Assembly: GCA_016703535.1 (NCBI GenBank)
Contig: JADJBV010000002.1
Location: forward strand, 2,177,721 to 2,241,720
Length of the DNA: 64,000 nucleotides
Direction of reading: 5' to 3'
Origin: Deltaproteobacteria bacterium
GTDB taxonomy: Bacteria > Myxococcota > Kuafuiibacteriia > Kuafuiibacteriales > Kuafuiibacteriaceae
The stretch's first letter is position 1. Each line of letters opens with the position of its first letter. The position numbers and the translations under genes were made by a program. Shown in pieces: positions 36,992 to 47,249 of this stretch. The notes beneath the pieces are model-generated. The model had not been told where the DNA came from, did not search any database, and was given only the letters and a program-made list of their open reading frames with translations.

Positions 36992-38239
36992 ATGCCGCCG
37001 CCTCGTGCCCGCCGCCGCGGCTCTGCCGCACCCAAGAAGCCTGGACGCACCTACGGACCGCCCAAAAAAGGGGAGGCCAGAAAAGGCGACCCCAAGAAGG
37101 GTGGAGCCAAAAAGTTCCTGGGCCCCAAAAAAGGCCCTCAAAAGCGGGATTCCCGGAGCGACGAGCCGGATCGGGTCGCCCCCAAGCGGCGGAGTCGGCC
37201 AGCGCCACGTCCCCAGCTCCAGCCGATCACGCCCGAAGATCGGGAGCGGAAGCCCGGCGAAGGTTTTGTGCGGCGGGCCGTGGAGCCGACCATCGGCGAC
37301 GGCTCAACCTTTCGGTCGGGCTACGTGGCCTTGGTGGGGCGGCCCAACGCTGGCAAGTCCACCCTGCTGAACGCCTTGCTGGGCCAGAAGCTGGCGGCGA
37401 CCACCCACAAGCCCCAGACCACTCGCAAGAACTTGCTCGGCGTGTTGCACCCGCCGGGCGCGCAGCTGTTGCTCCTCGACACGCCCGGCTACCACAAGGC
37501 TCAGGGGCCGCTGAACCGCTTTATGGTGGCTCAGGCCGAGACCGCCATCGGTGACGCCGACGTGGTGGCGCTGGTGGTCGAGGCCCGGGAAGACTCGACC
37601 ATCACCCCGGGCAACGATCTGTTGGTGGAGGCCTTGGCCAAGGCCAAGAAGAAGGTGGTCCTGCTCCTCAACAAGATCGACCTGGTGAAGAAGAAGCAGA
37701 GCCTCATTCACCAGCTCGGATCCTATCGAGAGCGGCTGGGTGAACACCTGGTGGCGGCGGTGCCGATCTCGGCCCGGAAGCGCCAAGGCCTGACCGAAGC
37801 GGTCGAAGAGATCGCTCGGGCCTTGCCCGAAGGTCCCAAGTACTTCGACGACGATCAGCTGACCGACGCCAGCGAACGTTCGGTGGTCAGCGAGTTCATC
37901 CGCGAGAAGGTGATGTTGGCGACCCGGGCCGAGTTGCCTTACGCGGTGGCGGTCAGCATCGACGCCTTCACCGATCAGCGGCCCCAGCTGGTGCGCCTGA
38001 TGGCGACCCTGCACGTCGAGCGCGAGTCCCAAAAGGGTATCGTCATCGGCAAGGGCGGCGAGACCTTGAAGCGGATCGGCTTTTCGGCCCGCAAGGACAT
38101 CGAGTTCTTCTTGGGGACCAAGGTGTTCCTGGAGCTGCACGTGCGGGTGACCAGCGCTTGGTCGACCAGCCGACGGGCCTTGGCCGAGCTCGGTTATGGC
38201 GCCGATGAAGGTGGGGAGCTTCGGCTCGAGGAGGAGTGA
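36992..38239 (+). CDS. era: GTPase Era (KH domain) with a ~95-aa Lys/Pro-rich N-terminal extension
   Basis: G1 GRPNAGKST, G3 DTPG, G4 NKID, and a C-terminal KH domain. The N-terminal KKPG/PKKG-rich stretch is in frame from the ATG at 36992, which sits directly after the PPIase stop. The start may instead be GTG at 37268 or 37280. Confidence 0.85.
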   Translation: MPPPRARRRGSAAPKKPGRTYGPPKKGEARKGDPKKGGAKKFLGPKKGPQKRDSRSDEPDRVAPKRRSRPAPRPQLQPITPEDRERKPGEGFVRRAVEPTIGDGSTFRSGYVALVGRPNAGKSTLLNALLGQKLAATTHKPQTTRKNLLGVLHPPGAQLLLLDTPGYHKAQGPLNRFMVAQAETAIGDADVVALVVEAREDSTITPGNDLLVEALAKAKKKVVLLLNKIDLVKKKQSLIHQLGSYRERLGEHLVAAVPISARKRQGLTEAVEEIARALPEGPKYFDDDQLTDASERSVVSEFIREKVMLATRAELPYAVAVSIDAFTDQRPQLVRLMATLHVERESQKGIVIGKGGETLKRIGFSARKDIEFFLGTKVFLELHVRVTSAWSTSRRALAELGYGADEGGELRLEEE

Positions 38240-39777
38240 TGTTGGGGCACAAACCGATCGTGGCGATCGTCGGCCGACCCAACGTCGGCAAGTCGCGCCT
38301 CTTCAACCGCATCCTCAACCGGCAACGTTCGATCGTGGCCGACATGCCCGGCGTGACCCGGGATCGGATCTACGCCGACGCCTCACTGTCAGGCGAACGG
38401 TCCGATGTCGACGTGGTGTTGGTCGACACCGGCGGCTTTGATCCCCACTCCAGCGATCCGATCATGCGGCGGGTGGTCGAGCAGACCCAGCTGGCCATCG
38501 ACGAGGCCGACGTCGTGTTGTTCTTGGCCGACGGCCGGGCCGGCGTGATGCCTGAAGACCACGACATCGCCCAGATGTTGCGTAAGGGCGCCAAAAAGGT
38601 GGTCCTGGCGGTCAACAAGCTGGACGGCCCTGCTCAAGACGAGCTGCTCGGCGACTTTTATGCCCTCGGCATCAAGGACCTGATCCCGGTCAGCGGCGCC
38701 CACGGGCGCAACGTCGGTGAGATGGAAGAGATGTTGGTCGGCTTTTTGCCGGCCCGGGCCGAGGACGACGTCTCGGCCCTCGAAGAGGTCCCCGAGGCCG
38801 GCGAAGATCCCAGCGAAACCAACCAGCCCATCCGGGTGGCGGTGATCGGCCGCCCCAACGCGGGCAAGTCGTCGTTGATCAACCGCCTGCTCGGCGAAGA
38901 TCGCCACCTGGTCTCGGACGTGGCTGGTACCACCGTCGATTCGGTCGACTCGTTGATCGAGTTCCAGGGCCAGCCGATGTTGTTCATCGACACCGCGGGC
39001 ATCCGGCGCAAACGGTCGATCGCGCTGCGGCTCGAACGTTACAGCGTGATCGCTGCCTTGAAGGGGTTGGAGCGTTCCGACGTGGCGCTTCTGCTGCTCG
39101 ACGCCACCGAGCCGATCTCCGCCCAAGACGCCAAGGTCTCGGCCTTCGCGTACGAGCGGGGCAAAGCGGTGATCTTGGTGGTGTCCAAGTGGGATCGGGT
39201 GCCCGGCGAAAGTCAGCGGGCCCGCTTCACCCAGACCCTCCAGCGCGAGCTCCCCCACTTGGCCTATGCGCCGGTGGTCTACACCAGCGCCCACACCGGC
39301 TTCGGCCTCGATCGCCTCTTGCCCAAGATCCTAGAGGTCCAGAGCGAATATTGCCGCCGGGTCACCACCGGAAAGCTCAACCAGTTTGCCGGCCGTCTCA
39401 TGAAGGATCAGCCGCCGCCTTCCCGCAAAGGCAAACACGGCAAGATCTACTACATCACCCAGATCGACGTGCGGCCGCCCCGGTTTTTGGTCTCCGTCAA
39501 CAACCCCGATCTGTTTCACTTTAGCTATCGCCGCTTTTTGGTGAACGCGATCCGGGAAGAGTACGGCTTCGGCGGTGTTCCCCTCTTGGTCGGCTACCGG
39601 TCCCACAAAGACGAAGATCGGGCCGCCCCCAAACGCGACGCAACCAGCAACGATCCCAAGAAGTTGGCCACCGCCATCAAGCGGGCCCGAAAGGCCGGCA
39701 AGGCGCCACCGCCCCCACCCAAGCAAAAGGGGCGCTCCGAAAAGACCGGCGGCAAGACCACCAAACGTTCCCGCTGA
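38236..39777 (+). CDS. der: GTPase Der/EngA (tandem G domains + KH-like) with a Lys-rich C-terminal tail
   Basis: Two GTP-binding domains (GRPNVGKS and GRPNAGKS). ATGA overlap with era. Confidence 0.9.
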   Translation: MMLGHKPIVAIVGRPNVGKSRLFNRILNRQRSIVADMPGVTRDRIYADASLSGERSDVDVVLVDTGGFDPHSSDPIMRRVVEQTQLAIDEADVVLFLADGRAGVMPEDHDIAQMLRKGAKKVVLAVNKLDGPAQDELLGDFYALGIKDLIPVSGAHGRNVGEMEEMLVGFLPARAEDDVSALEEVPEAGEDPSETNQPIRVAVIGRPNAGKSSLINRLLGEDRHLVSDVAGTTVDSVDSLIEFQGQPMLFIDTAGIRRKRSIALRLERYSVIAALKGLERSDVALLLLDATEPISAQDAKVSAFAYERGKAVILVVSKWDRVPGESQRARFTQTLQRELPHLAYAPVVYTSAHTGFGLDRLLPKILEVQSEYCRRVTTGKLNQFAGRLMKDQPPPSRKGKHGKIYYITQIDVRPPRFLVSVNNPDLFHFSYRRFLVNAIREEYGFGGVPLLVGYRSHKDEDRAAPKRDATSNDPKKLATAIKRARKAGKAPPPPPKQKGRSEKTGGKTTKRSR

Positions 39778-39845
39778 GCCTTGGCCGGCGCTACCAAGAT
39801 CGCCTCCGTCTCAATTCGCCCGACCCCTGGCCGAATGAGACCTAC

Positions 39846-40592
39846 GTGGTCAACCCCGCGCAGAAGCCACATCTGATGGCGCCGGACGACCACCGAGCGG
39901 TCACCGAAGCCGAACGGTTTTGGTCCAACCTAGCGACCCCCACCACCACCCCGGTTTTTGCGCTCGATCTGCCGCTCCAGCTGACCCTTCCCTACAAGAC
40001 GATCACCGTGACCACCCAGGTCCGGCTCTTGGGCATGAAGGTCGACCGCTTTTTGCTCTGCGATCTGCCGTCCCACGAGGGCACCTCCCTCGGCACCACC
40101 GGGGCCTCTTGCACCGTCCGTTACCTGCTCCACGGCCGAGTGGTGGGTTTTGTGGCCCAGGTCCTGAAGGCCCAGTTTTCGCCCGAACCGCTGATGTTCC
40201 TCTCGTACCCGAAGGCGGTCAGCGAGGTCGTGTTGCGGCAGCAGGAGCGGGTCCGGGTGAACCTCGAGGCGGTGGGCCGCATCTTCGGCAAGGCCGAACG
40301 CACCAACGGCGTCATCCGCGATCTCAGCGTGGGCGGTTGTGGCCTCTACTTGGACGATGAGACCAAGCTGGAGTTGGGCACCGAAATGACCCTCTACATC
40401 AAGTTCCCTGGCGAAGAGAGCCTTCGGAAGGTGAAGGCCACCATCCGGGGCATCCGTCGCCAACGGAAGAGCAAGGGCGTGATCTTGGGCTTGTCCTTTG
40501 GCTTCGACGCCGAAGACCTGCCGGTGAAGAAGGAGATCGAGAACCTGGTGGCGGCCCGATCCGGGGTCGGCAGCGGCGATCTGATCGTGTAG
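39846..40592 (+). CDS. PilZ-domain (c-di-GMP-binding) protein, YcgR-like
   Basis: RxxxR motif (RQQERVRV) and D/NxSxxG motif (RDLSVGGCG) at PilZ spacing. Confidence 0.65.
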   Translation: MVNPAQKPHLMAPDDHRAVTEAERFWSNLATPTTTPVFALDLPLQLTLPYKTITVTTQVRLLGMKVDRFLLCDLPSHEGTSLGTTGASCTVRYLLHGRVVGFVAQVLKAQFSPEPLMFLSYPKAVSEVVLRQQERVRVNLEAVGRIFGKAERTNGVIRDLSVGGCGLYLDDETKLELGTEMTLYIKFPGEESLRKVKATIRGIRRQRKSKGVILGLSFGFDAEDLPVKKEIENLVAARSGVGSGDLIV

Positions 40593-40601
40593 CTTCGGCC
40601 G

Positions 40602-41846
40602 GTGACCCGGCGCCTCCAATTTTGGTTCGACTTCTCTTGCCCCTACGCCTACCTGGCCTCGACCCAGGTGGAGGCCTTGGCGGCCCGGACCGGCGCCGCG
40701 CTGGATCCCCAGCCGATGTTGTTGGGCGGAGTCTTCCGGGCCCACGAGACCCCCCAGAAGTTGTTCGCCACTTTGGGGGCCGCCAAGGCCAAACACAACT
40801 CCGCTGACCTGGAGCGTTTTGCGGCCTTGTTCGGGGTGCGGCTGGAGATGCCCGGCGGTCACCCGCTGCGGACGGTCACCGCGCTGCGGGCCCTCTTGGT
40901 GGTCGGCGCGCCCTTCTTGCCCTTGGCGCACCGATTTTTCGCCGCCTATTGGGCCCGAGGGATCGATCTGTCGACCAAAGAGGGCGTGGCTCGGGTGTTG
41001 ACCGAGGCCGGCCACGATCCCGGGCCGATCTTGGAGAAGGCCGAGTCCGCCGAGATCAAGGATGAGCTGCGGCGCCGCACCGATGAAGCGATCGCCCTCG
41101 GGATCTTCGGCGCGCCGGCCTTTGTGGTCGACGAGCAACTCTACTTTGGCCAGGACCGGCTCGATCTGGTGGAGCGGGCCTTGGGCGGCGCGCCGTTGCC
41201 CTTGGCCGATCCGCCGGGACCGGTGTCGGCGCCGGTCGACGTGTGGTTCGACTACTCCAGCCCCTTTTCGTACTTCGGCTGGGCTCAGATCGATCGTTGC
41301 CTGCCCGGTGTCGCTCGCCCGAAGCCGATGTTGTTGGGCGCGGTGTTCAAGGAGGTGGGGCAGGTCAACGTGCCGCTCTTGGCCCAAAGCCCCGCCAAAC
41401 AGCGCTACCTCGCCACCGACACCATCCGCCAAGCCGAAAAGGCGGGGGTGCCCTTCCGCTGGCCCAGCCGCTTCCCGATGAACACGGTGTTGGCCTTGCG
41501 CCTGACGATCGCCGCCGAAGCCCACCTGCGCCCCGAGGGCCGGCGCCTGATCACCCGGTTCTACCAGGCCTATTGGGCCGAGGATCGGGATCTCGCGGAT
41601 CCGGCGGTGTTGGCCACGATCCTGACGGAGGAGGGCTACGACGCCGAACGGCTCTTGGCCGCCGCCCAGTCGACGGAGGTCAAGGAGACCCTGCGGTCGT
41701 TGACCGGGGAGGCGGTGGCCGCCGGCGTATTTGGCGCCCCGACCTTTGTGGTCCACCACCCGGGGCGTACGCCCTCCTTGTATTGGGGTTCGGATCGGAT
41801 CGAGTTGGCGGCCTTGTCGTCGGCGGGTCTGGGGCGGGTTGATTGA
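40602..41846 (+). CDS. Tandem DsbA-like (2-hydroxychromene-2-carboxylate isomerase family) thioredoxin-fold protein
   Basis: Two homologous halves, each starting WFDFSCPYAYL / WFDYSSPFSYF (DsbA-like CPxx motif). Confidence 0.7.
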   Translation: MTRRLQFWFDFSCPYAYLASTQVEALAARTGAALDPQPMLLGGVFRAHETPQKLFATLGAAKAKHNSADLERFAALFGVRLEMPGGHPLRTVTALRALLVVGAPFLPLAHRFFAAYWARGIDLSTKEGVARVLTEAGHDPGPILEKAESAEIKDELRRRTDEAIALGIFGAPAFVVDEQLYFGQDRLDLVERALGGAPLPLADPPGPVSAPVDVWFDYSSPFSYFGWAQIDRCLPGVARPKPMLLGAVFKEVGQVNVPLLAQSPAKQRYLATDTIRQAEKAGVPFRWPSRFPMNTVLALRLTIAAEAHLRPEGRRLITRFYQAYWAEDRDLADPAVLATILTEEGYDAERLLAAAQSTEVKETLRSLTGEAVAAGVFGAPTFVVHHPGRTPSLYWGSDRIELAALSSAGLGRVD

Positions 41847-42892
41847 TGCGCGCCGGGTGGGGGCTCTTGTTGGCCCTTTGGGCCTGCGGCGACGAGGTCG
41901 AGCCCCCCGACGGCGGCGCCTTGGATTCGGGCCCGGCGGACACCGGACAGGTCCTCGACGTTGGACTCGACGCCGCCGTCTTCGATCAGGGCGCTGACGC
42001 GGGTCCGGCGGACCTCTCCTTCGCCGACGCGGCCCCTCCCGACGCCGACCCGGTGGATCTCGGGCCCATCGATCCCCTGGTGGGGCGAGGTACGGTGGAG
42101 TTGGTCGCCGAAGGCTTCACCTTCACCGAAGGTCCCCAGTGGATCGAGGCCGACGGCACGCTGCTCTTCAGCGACATCAACGGCAACACCATCCACCGGC
42201 TCACGCCGCCGGCCGCGATCAGCCCCTACCGGATGCCCAGCAACAACTCCAACGGCTTGGCGATCGACGTCCAGGGCCGCTTGTTGGCCGCCGAACACGG
42301 GGCCCGTCGGGTGTCGGTGGCGACCTTGGGACAAGCCGAAGTGACCTTGGTCGAACGGTACCAGGGGCAACAACTCAACTCCCCCAACGACCTGGTGGTC
42401 CGCAGCGACGGCACCATCTACTTCACCGACCCACCCTACGGTTTGGGCAATCGGCAGCGGGAGGTTCCATTTAATGGAGTCTATCGAATAGATCCACTGG
42501 GCGCCCTGGAGGTCGAGTGGGAGGGACCCCTCTCCAGCCGGCCCAACGGCATCGCCCTTTCGCCCGACGAACAGGTGCTCTACGTGGCGGACACGGTGGG
42601 GTTGGTGCGGGCCTACGACGTCTTGGGGAGCGGCGCCTTGACCAACGAGCGGACCCTCGTGCCCAACATCAGCGGCCCGGACGGGATGGCGGTGGACAGC
42701 GCCGGCAACCTCTACGTCACCGCGGGGACCGGGGTCGAGGTGTACGGGCCCGATGGCCACTCCTTTGGCGTGATCCCGGTGCCCCGCCAGCCCGCCAACT
42801 GCGCCTTTGGGGGCGCCGACCACCGGACCCTCTACATCACCGCCCGCCAGGGGCTCTACCGCGTCTCCCTCTCGATCCCTGGCTTACCGTAG
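41843..42892 (+). CDS. SMP-30/gluconolactonase/LRE-family lipoprotein
   Basis: Lipobox LALWACG. Beta-propeller motifs FTEGPQW, NSPNDLVVRSDGTIYFTDP and RPNGIALSPDEQVLYVADT. Confidence 0.75.
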   Translation: MMRAGWGLLLALWACGDEVEPPDGGALDSGPADTGQVLDVGLDAAVFDQGADAGPADLSFADAAPPDADPVDLGPIDPLVGRGTVELVAEGFTFTEGPQWIEADGTLLFSDINGNTIHRLTPPAAISPYRMPSNNSNGLAIDVQGRLLAAEHGARRVSVATLGQAEVTLVERYQGQQLNSPNDLVVRSDGTIYFTDPPYGLGNRQREVPFNGVYRIDPLGALEVEWEGPLSSRPNGIALSPDEQVLYVADTVGLVRAYDVLGSGALTNERTLVPNISGPDGMAVDSAGNLYVTAGTGVEVYGPDGHSFGVIPVPRQPANCAFGGADHRTLYITARQGLYRVSLSIPGLP

Positions 42893-42908
42893 TGGTAGGG
42901 ACTGAGGC

Positions 42909-43232
42909 GTGAGCCTCTCCGAAAAGAGCTGCGTGCCATGCCGCGGCGACGTCCCCCCTCTCCCGCCTTCGGAGGTTGAAGGGCTGCTGTTGGAGCTGCC
43001 GGCCTGGAGTTTGGTCGATGGGCACCTCTATCGACGCTTCGACTTTCCGGACTTCACCTCGGCCCTGGCGCTCCTCAACCAGGTCGCCGCCTTGGCCGAG
43101 GTCGAGGGCCACCACCCGGATCTCCTGCTGGCCTGGGGGCGCTTGGAGGTGACCATCTTCACCCACGCGATCAACGGGCTCACCGAAAGTGACTTCGTGT
43201 TGGCCGCCAAGATCGATCGCTTGAGGCGTTGA
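42909..43232 (+). CDS. Pterin-4a-carbinolamine dehydratase
   Basis: 107 aa with the PCD signature EVEGHHPDL. Confidence 0.8.
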   Translation: MSLSEKSCVPCRGDVPPLPPSEVEGLLLELPAWSLVDGHLYRRFDFPDFTSALALLNQVAALAEVEGHHPDLLLAWGRLEVTIFTHAINGLTESDFVLAAKIDRLRR

Positions 43233-43813
43233 TGTTGCACCTGGCCGTCGCCACCACCGATCCGACCTGGGCCACTCGAGCCGCCGCGGCCTTGCCGGTG
43301 GTCCTGTTGGACCACGCCCACTGCGAAAAGAAGGCGGCCTCGACCGCGGTGAACCTGATCTTCCGTTATCCCGATCGCCCCCAGCTGATGTTGCCCTTGT
43401 CTCGGCTGGCCCGAGAGGAGTTGGCCCACTTCGAGGAGGTGCTGGAGCAGCTGGCGGCCCGCGGGATCCCGTTTGGTCGACAACGCCCCAGCCCCTACGC
43501 CGGCAAGTTGATGGCCTGCCTGCGGGAGAAGGAGCCGGCGCGCCTGCTCGACACGTTGTTGTGTTGTGCCTTCATCGAGGCCCGGAGCTGCGAGCGGATG
43601 AAGTTGTTGGCCGAGGCCCTGACCGATCCGGAGCTGATCAAGCTCTACAAGGGGCTTTTGGCGGCCGAAGCTCGGCACCATCAGCTCTACCTGGAGTTGG
43701 CCTTGACCATCGCCCCCGAGGCCGAGGTGGAGGCGCGCTTGGCCGAGATCGGCGCCCACGAGGGACGGGTGATCGCCGAGGGGCCGACCGAACCGCGGCT
43801 CCACAACGCCTGA
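43229..43813 (+). CDS. miaE: tRNA-(ms2io6A)-hydroxylase MiaE-like ferritin-fold protein
   Basis: DHAHCEKKAA and CAFIEARSCERMKLLAE diiron-ligand blocks. Confidence 0.7.
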   Translation: MMLHLAVATTDPTWATRAAAALPVVLLDHAHCEKKAASTAVNLIFRYPDRPQLMLPLSRLAREELAHFEEVLEQLAARGIPFGRQRPSPYAGKLMACLREKEPARLLDTLLCCAFIEARSCERMKLLAEALTDPELIKLYKGLLAAEARHHQLYLELALTIAPEAEVEARLAEIGAHEGRVIAEGPTEPRLHNA

Positions 43814-43850
43814 GGTGACGCGCCGCTCAAACCCGGCTAAAGGGCCAGGC

Positions 43851-44333
43851 ATGGCGACCCGCCACTGGCTCTTCAAGTCCGAGCCCGAAGTCTTCTCCTT
43901 CGACGACCTCTGGAAGGCCAAGGGCCGCACCACCTCCTGGGACGGGGTGCGCAACTACCAAGCCCGGAACCTCTTGAGGGACGAGATCAAGAAGGGGGAC
44001 CTGGTCCTCTACTACCACTCCAACGCCGATCCCCAGGTGGTGGTGGGTGTATGTGAGGTCGTGAAAGAGGGGCATCCGGACCTCACCCAGTTCGACCCGA
44101 AGTCGGACCACTACGATCCCGACGCCGAAGAAGGGAATCCGCGGTGGTACGTGGTCGACATCAAGGCCAGGGACCGCTTGGAACGGCCGGTCTCCTTGCC
44201 CGAGCTCAAGGTGGCCAAGGGGCTGGACGGCCTGATGTTGACCAAGAAGGGCTCGCGGCTGTCGGTCCAGCCGGTCAGCCCTGAGCACTTTGCGCGCATT
44301 CTCGAAATCGCCCAGGAAAAGCCGAAAAAATAG
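43851..44333 (+). CDS. EVE (PUA-like) domain protein
   Basis: RHWLFKSEPEVFSFDDL...WDGVRNYQARN is the EVE-domain signature. I prefer the start at MATRHW. Confidence 0.7.
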   Translation: MATRHWLFKSEPEVFSFDDLWKAKGRTTSWDGVRNYQARNLLRDEIKKGDLVLYYHSNADPQVVVGVCEVVKEGHPDLTQFDPKSDHYDPDAEEGNPRWYVVDIKARDRLERPVSLPELKVAKGLDGLMLTKKGSRLSVQPVSPEHFARILEIAQEKPKK

Positions 44334-44376
44334 GCAAATTGGTGCCCTGCCGCTCCAGTTGGGCCGAGGGCGTCCG

Positions 44377-45201
44377 ATGTGTATCGGAGTGGATGTTCTG
44401 CTCCCGGCTCGACCGAGTCGACTCACCTGTTATGTCTCGGACGGCGTGATCTTCGAGGCCCCGGTCCAGCGGCTGACCGCGACCGGAGTTTTCGTGCCCT
44501 GCACCCGGGACGACCTCCAGCTGACCAACGAGGTCCGGGTCGACTTCCACAGCGACCCCCCGATCAGCTTCCACGGCACGGTCTCCACTTGGGTGCGGGG
44601 CCGTGGCGTCCGCATCGAGGCCGGCTACAACACGCCGACCGAAGTCCTGGACGTGCTCTCGCGTTGGGCCGCCGAAGATCCCCAAAGTGGGGACCTGCCC
44701 AGGGTCGAGGCCCGAGAGCCGACGCCGGTGCCACGCCTGCCGCCACCTCGCTTGCCGACGCCGGCCCCCAAGGCCGCCCCCACGCCGGCCCTGGAGGCTT
44801 CGGCGCCCGCGAAGACCAGCAAACAACCGATCACCGACACCCGACGCCTGCTGATCGTCGATGACGATCCCGGCATCTTGAAGATGTTGCACCGTCGGTT
44901 GTCCCGCTTCGGCTACGACATCGCGGCGGTCGACTCGCCCCCCGACGCGCTGGAGCTCCTCCATAAACAGGACGTGGACGCGGTGTTGCTCGACTGGATG
45001 CTCCCGACCATCCCGGGCTACGACATGCTCAAAGAGATCAAGCAGGAGCACCCGGGCCTCCCGGTGGCGGTTGTCTCGGGATCTTTGTGGTGGCAAAACG
45101 CCGAGGCCGAGCTGTTGACCTTGGGCGCCTCTCGCGTGTTCCCCAAGCCGATCGACCTCGAGGCGGTGGCGGCCTGGTTGGAAGTCGCCACTCACCGCTA
45201 A
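44377..45201 (+). CDS. Hybrid N-terminal PilZ-like domain + C-terminal CheY-like receiver domain protein
   Basis: The C-terminus is a canonical receiver (LLIVDDDPGIL...DAVLLDWMLP...PVAVVSG...KP). The N-terminal ~110 aa is PilZ-like, followed by a Pro-rich linker. Confidence 0.65.
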   Translation: MCIGVDVLLPARPSRLTCYVSDGVIFEAPVQRLTATGVFVPCTRDDLQLTNEVRVDFHSDPPISFHGTVSTWVRGRGVRIEAGYNTPTEVLDVLSRWAAEDPQSGDLPRVEAREPTPVPRLPPPRLPTPAPKAAPTPALEASAPAKTSKQPITDTRRLLIVDDDPGILKMLHRRLSRFGYDIAAVDSPPDALELLHKQDVDAVLLDWMLPTIPGYDMLKEIKQEHPGLPVAVVSGSLWWQNAEAELLTLGASRVFPKPIDLEAVAAWLEVATHR

Positions 45202-45434
45202 ACTTCGGGGCCGCTACTTGGCGGTCACCCGCAACGAGATGCGGCGGTTTTTGCCGCGGCACTCTTCGGTGTCGTTGGTCGGACACACGAAGTGGTTGGC
45301 GCCGTAGCCCTCGGGATCGATGCGCTTCTTTTCGATGCCCAGGTCAATCAGGTTCTGAGCCACGTTCTTGGCCCGCCCGGTGGAGAGTCCACTCTGGCCC
45401 GCGTCGATGGCGAGCCCTGGCTAGACCCGTGGGA

Positions 45435-47249
45435 TCATCGCTCCTGGATCTCGACCTCGGCGCCTTCGACGTGGAACTCGACCCGACGGTTTTGGGCCCG
45501 ATTGTCTGGGCTGTTGTTGGGGACCAGCGGTTGAGTTTCGCCGAAGCCCGCGGGCTCTAGCAGACCTTGGTCCACGCCTTGGGCGACCAGGTAAGCGACC
45601 ACACTCTTGGCCCGCTTCTCCGAGAGGCGCAGGTTGCCCGAGTCGTTGCCGACGTCGTCGGTGTGGCCTTCGACCCGAACCTTGGTCAACTTGTTCCGCT
45701 TGATCACCGCGGCCACGTCGTTGAGGAGCGCGTAGGAGCGGGCCTCGATCACCGCCGAGCTGGTCTTGAAGTAGACCTTGTCCAAGATCTCGATCCGCTC
45801 ACCCTTCAGCACCGCCAGCTGCTTCTTGGCGCAGCCGCCGTTCTCCAGGACCCCCGGCTCGTCGGGGCACTGATCCAGGCGATCGGCGATGTTGTCGTGG
45901 TCTCGATCGGTGTCGGGGCAGCCCTTGTTCTCCTTGACCCCCGGCGCCGAAACGCACTTGTCGGCCACGTCGAGCACGCCGTCGGCGTCGTTGTCCGGAT
46001 CCGGGCAGCCGTCTTGGTCCTCCCACTGGTCCACGTCTTCGGCGTCGTTCGGGCACTGATCGGCCTTGCCGCGCAGACCGTCGCCGTCGGGGTCGGGCAC
46101 CTCGTCGGGGCAACCGTCCTGATCTTCGTGTTCGTTTTGGGTCTCGGGCTCGAGGCGACACCGATCGGCGGTGTCCGGGATCTGGTCGCCATCGTCGTCG
46201 GGATCGACGCAGCCGTCTTGGTCTTCGAACTCGTCCTTGTCCTCCGCCACGTCCGGGCAGGTGTCGTCCGGATCGTTCAAGCCGTCGCCGTCGCTGTCGG
46301 TGGGCGGGGCCCAGGTGTAGCGCAGGCCGAGCAGGGCCCGGAAGTCGGGGGTGCCGTAGGCCTTGGTGAGGCCCACGCCGCCCGCGGCGTAAGCGGTGAG
46401 GGGGATCGGGAAGTCGTAGGCCAGGCCAAAGTCGAGTTCGCTGGCGACCGCCTCCGCGGACTCGAAGGCCAGATCCAACACCGTGGCCATCGAATAGGAG
46501 AGGTCCAGCTCCAGCGGCGGGCCGCCCACCTCCGCCAGCCGGGCGCCGAGGCCGACCTTCAAGAAGAACTCGTCATCGACGGCGAGGTTCACGAAGTCGA
46601 CCTTGTTGCGCATTCGAAAGCCGACGTTGCCGGCCAAGCGCATCAGGCCAAAGCTGCGAGAGGCCAAGAGGGCCGGGCGGAAGCCCACGGTGTCGTCGCC
46701 GAAGTAGGCCTCTTCGGTGGCGGTGGGCAAAGACACCGCCGCCATCACCGCCAGGTCCAGGCCCTGATCGGCCTGGCGCAAGATGCGGATCTTGGGGATC
46801 AGCCTCAGATCTCCGAGGCCAGCGCTGCTCAACTCCGGGAGGGTCCCGACCACCCCGGGCAAGAGGTCACTGCGGCTCTGGCCGAGGATCACCGGCAAGG
46901 CCAAGCCCAGCTCCACCCACTCGAACAGGGCGATGGCCCCGCCGACCTCACCACCCCAACGGGAGGCGACCAGGGAACCTTGGCGTTCGTCGTCGCTCTC
47001 TCGATAGAGCACCAAGGGGTCGTTGGCGTAGCCCATCCACAACCAAACGTTCCACGACAAATGCCGTGGAACACCGGCCCACTCGGTGTCCAGAATGCCG
47101 CCCCGATCGATGGTCAAGGCGAAGCGTTCGATGCCGAAGCTCCTTCGCTCCGGCACGTTCTGGGCGTTGGCCTGCTGGGCTGCCGCGCCGGTCGCCAACA
47201 GGAACACCAGCGCCGTGGTGACCCGCCGCCGTAGGCCTGAGGTGCGCAC
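45435..47249 (-). CDS. OmpA-family protein module: signal-peptide-like N-terminus, beta-rich domain, thrombospondin-type-3 (TSP3) Ca-binding repeats and a C-terminal OmpA peptidoglycan-binding domain. It lies in the same continuous frame as the giant ORF below.
   Basis: A candidate GTG start at 47249 gives VRTSGLRRRVTTALVFLLATGAAAQQANAQ (n-region, h-region, AXA). TSP3 repeats follow (DSDGDGLNDPDDTCPD, EDQDGCVDPDDDGD, repeated). The C-terminal OmpA domain is VYFKTSSAVIEARSYALLNDVAAVIKRNKLTKVRVEGHTDDVGNDSGNLRLSEKRAKSVVAYLVAQGV...NRRVEFHV. No stop codon separates it from the upstream module. Confidence 0.55.
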   Translation of the reverse strand: MRTSGLRRRVTTALVFLLATGAAAQQANAQNVPERRSFGIERFALTIDRGGILDTEWAGVPRHLSWNVWLWMGYANDPLVLYRESDDERQGSLVASRWGGEVGGAIALFEWVELGLALPVILGQSRSDLLPGVVGTLPELSSAGLGDLRLIPKIRILRQADQGLDLAVMAAVSLPTATEEAYFGDDTVGFRPALLASRSFGLMRLAGNVGFRMRNKVDFVNLAVDDEFFLKVGLGARLAEVGGPPLELDLSYSMATVLDLAFESAEAVASELDFGLAYDFPIPLTAYAAGGVGLTKAYGTPDFRALLGLRYTWAPPTDSDGDGLNDPDDTCPDVAEDKDEFEDQDGCVDPDDDGDQIPDTADRCRLEPETQNEHEDQDGCPDEVPDPDGDGLRGKADQCPNDAEDVDQWEDQDGCPDPDNDADGVLDVADKCVSAPGVKENKGCPDTDRDHDNIADRLDQCPDEPGVLENGGCAKKQLAVLKGERIEILDKVYFKTSSAVIEARSYALLNDVAAVIKRNKLTKVRVEGHTDDVGNDSGNLRLSEKRAKSVVAYLVAQGVDQGLLEPAGFGETQPLVPNNSPDNRAQNRRVEFHVEGAEVEIQER

